Of a stretch of 20,940 nucleotides of DNA, positions 18,988 to 20,940 are shown piece by piece (position 1 is the stretch's first letter; every line of letters starts with the position of its first letter). The notes under the pieces are model-generated. The model was given only the letters and a program-made list of their open reading frames with translations, made no database searches and was not told where the DNA came from. The stretch spans positions 1 to 20,940 of the forward strand of contig NW_021824027.1 in NCBI RefSeq assembly GCF_006345805.1, written 5' to 3'. Both the position numbers and the translations under genes were made by a program. The DNA comes from Octopus sinensis (lineage: Eukaryota).

Positions 18988-19202
18988 CTCTTTTACTCTT
19001 TTACTTGTTTCAGTCATTTGACTGCGGCCATGCTGGAGCACCACCTTTAGTCGGGCAAATCAAGCCCGGGACTTATTCTTTGTAAGCCCAGTACTTATTC
19101 TATCGGTCTCTTTTGCCGAGCCACTAAGTGACGGGGACGTAAACACACCAGCATCGGTTGTCAAGCAATGCTAGGGGGACAAACACAGACACACAAACAT
19201 AT

Positions 19203-19250
<48 letters not shown>

Positions 19251-19448
19251 TATATACGACAGGCTTCTTTCAGTTTCCGTCTACCAAATCCACTCACAAG
19301 GAATTAGCAGAAGACACCTGCCCAATTTGAACGCAATCGGATGGAGGATGCCCAAGATCCCAGAAGACACACACACAGACAGTGGGACTGAACCCGGAAC
19401 CATGTGGTTGGTTAGCAAGCTACTTACCACACAGTCGCTCCTGCGCCT
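18988..19448 (-). mobile_element. Full SINE A with a rearranged middle
   Basis: Complete head and tail; 19324-19382 is replaced by foreign inverted sequence. Confidence 0.88.
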
Positions 19449-19457
19449 ATATATATA

Positions 19458-20006
19458 TCTATTATATAAAATCCATTCTGTCTGTCTGTGTGTGTGTCTT
19501 CTGGGATCTCGGGCATCCTCCATCCGATTGCGTTCAAATTTGATATGTAGATACTGACGGTATCAGGGCGTGTATAAGTCTTGAAAAAATTACAAAAATC
19601 GATTCCAGGTGAGAATGCGATCGATAAAACCGTTTTTGTCCTGCTTTTCTTCCGTCAACCTGTACCCTCCATTTTTTGTTGTTTTTGTCCTGCTTAAAGG
19701 CACGTTTCTTTCCTGCCAAGCTTACTGTTTAAACCATGTTTGTGTTACCCCAGTCAACAGCCTTATCCATTACTGGTACTTTAAACTCTTCGGTTGAATA
19801 TTTGTGTGAATAAAATCGTTTTTCTTTGGAATAGAGAAAAGGTTTATTTTTATTTCTTCTTTTGCTGGTGTCTCAAATTTAGGTTAAATCAGTGTTTCTC
19901 AAAGGGGAGGCCTATGGAGCGGTCGGACAAGTTGTCTTGAGAAAATTTGGTTTAAATGTTTGACAACTCAACACCGTCCATTGGACGGGGGTGGGCATTT
20001 TGCTCG
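19458..20006 (+). mobile_element. Non-autonomous Helitron-like element
   Basis: A|TC start (TCTATTATATAAAA..(CTGT)n..CCGATT..AAATTT); subterminal hairpin CCGTCC-ATT-GGACGG 19974-19988; ends CTCG|T (CTRR variant); inserted between A and T with no TSD. Confidence 0.55.
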
Positions 20007-20079
20007 TATATACACACACACACATATATCCATCTATTATATATATATATCTATCTTTTTTTTTTCCTTGCCACACCAG

Positions 20080-20209
20080 ACAAATTATCAAGAACTGTGT
20101 GAATGCCACGGACGATGATGTGGTCATCTTCTGTGGAGCTGGCTGCACTGGGGCCATTCACAAGCTGATTGGGGGTCTGGACATACAGGAGGAACAGAAG
20201 GAGAAGACG
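20080..20209 (+). CDS. 130-nt exon of the same gene (R-QIIKNCVNATDDDVVIFCGAGCTGAIHKLIGGLDIQEEQKEKT); gene continues beyond the window
   Basis: T-tract + accag|20080; donor ACG|GTAAGT at 20210; phase 2 to phase 0. The VIFxGxGxTGA motif is the PLP-contacting segment of class-V aminotransferases. The PLP lysine is not in the window. Confidence 0.92.
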
Positions 20210-20370
20210 GTAAGTAGATATATACGTTGTTCTATGCTTTGTTTTGGACTGCGGCCATGCTGGGGCACCGTCTTGCAGGGTTTTGGGTCGAAACTAATTG
20301 ACTGCTGTACTTCAGTTTTGGAGGCTGGGTATTTATTCTCTCGGCCTCTTTTTATGCCGGACCACTCACC

Positions 20371-20940
20371 GGGATGTAAACAAACTGACACCACTTGTCA
20401 AGCAGCGGGATGTAAACAAACCGACACCACTTGTCAAGCAGTGGGATGTAAACAAACCGACACCACTCGTCAAGCAGTGGGATGTAAACAAACCATAAAC
20501 TGACACCACTCGTCAAGCAGTGGGATGTAAACAAACCAACACCACTTGTCAAGCAGCAGGATGTAAACAAACCAACACCACTCGTCAAGCAGTGGGATGT
20601 AAACAAACCAACACCACTTGTCAAGCAGTGGGATGTAAACAAACCAACACCACTTGTCAAGCAGTGGGATGTAAACAAACCGACACCACTTGTCAAGCAG
20701 TGGGATGTAAACAAACCGACACCACTCGTCAAGCAGTGGGATGTAAACAAACCATAAACCGACACCACTCGTCAAGCACTGGGATGTAAACAAACCAACA
20801 CCACTCGTCAAGCACTAGGATGTAAACAAACCGACACCACTCGTCAAGCAGTGGGATGTAAACAAACCAACACCACTTGTCAAGCAGTGGGATGTAAACA
20901 AACCAACACCACTTGTCAAACAGTGGGATGTAAACAAACC
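20371..20940 (+). repeat. 36-bp minisatellite (16 unit starts, two 43-bp variants), running off the window
   Basis: GGGATGTAAACAAACC(A/G)ACACCACT(T/C)GTCAAGCAGT at 20371, 20407, 20443, 20479, 20522 ... 20925. Confidence 0.97.

Noticed and set aside
19991-20503. 170-aa ORF
   Set aside because: Only 20080-20209 is bounded by splice sites and family-like; the rest reads through intron and minisatellite.
20371-20940. 36-bp repeats of CRISPR-like length
   Set aside because: Units are head-to-tail with no unique spacers, derive from a SINE, and sit in a spliceosomal intron.

Overview
AT-rich, microsatellite- and repeat-dense eukaryotic DNA. The repeat families look like those of an octopus or other coleoid cephalopod (inference from pattern recognition, not a search). 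The + strand carries the 5' part of a split gene for a PLP-dependent class-V aminotransferase / cysteine-desulfurase-like protein: four well-supported exons (9017-9116, 15886-15916, 18257-18373, 20080-20209) that splice in frame into 124 codons counted from ATG 9023, plus a possible in-frame first exon at 2241-2342. The introns hold tRNA-derived SINEs, TTAA-flanked MITEs, an R4/Dong-like LINE end, a Helitron-like element, satellites and an ~880-bp tandem duplication. The most striking unannotated signal is a set of type I hammerhead ribozyme motifs from four unrelated sequence families, all with a palindromic stem III. Two families form long inverted-repeat cassettes (4523-4933, 11450-11896) with one ribozyme on each strand pointing outward, so any transcript makes the antisense arm before the ribozyme. 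Ribozyme folds were derived by hand; activity is untested.
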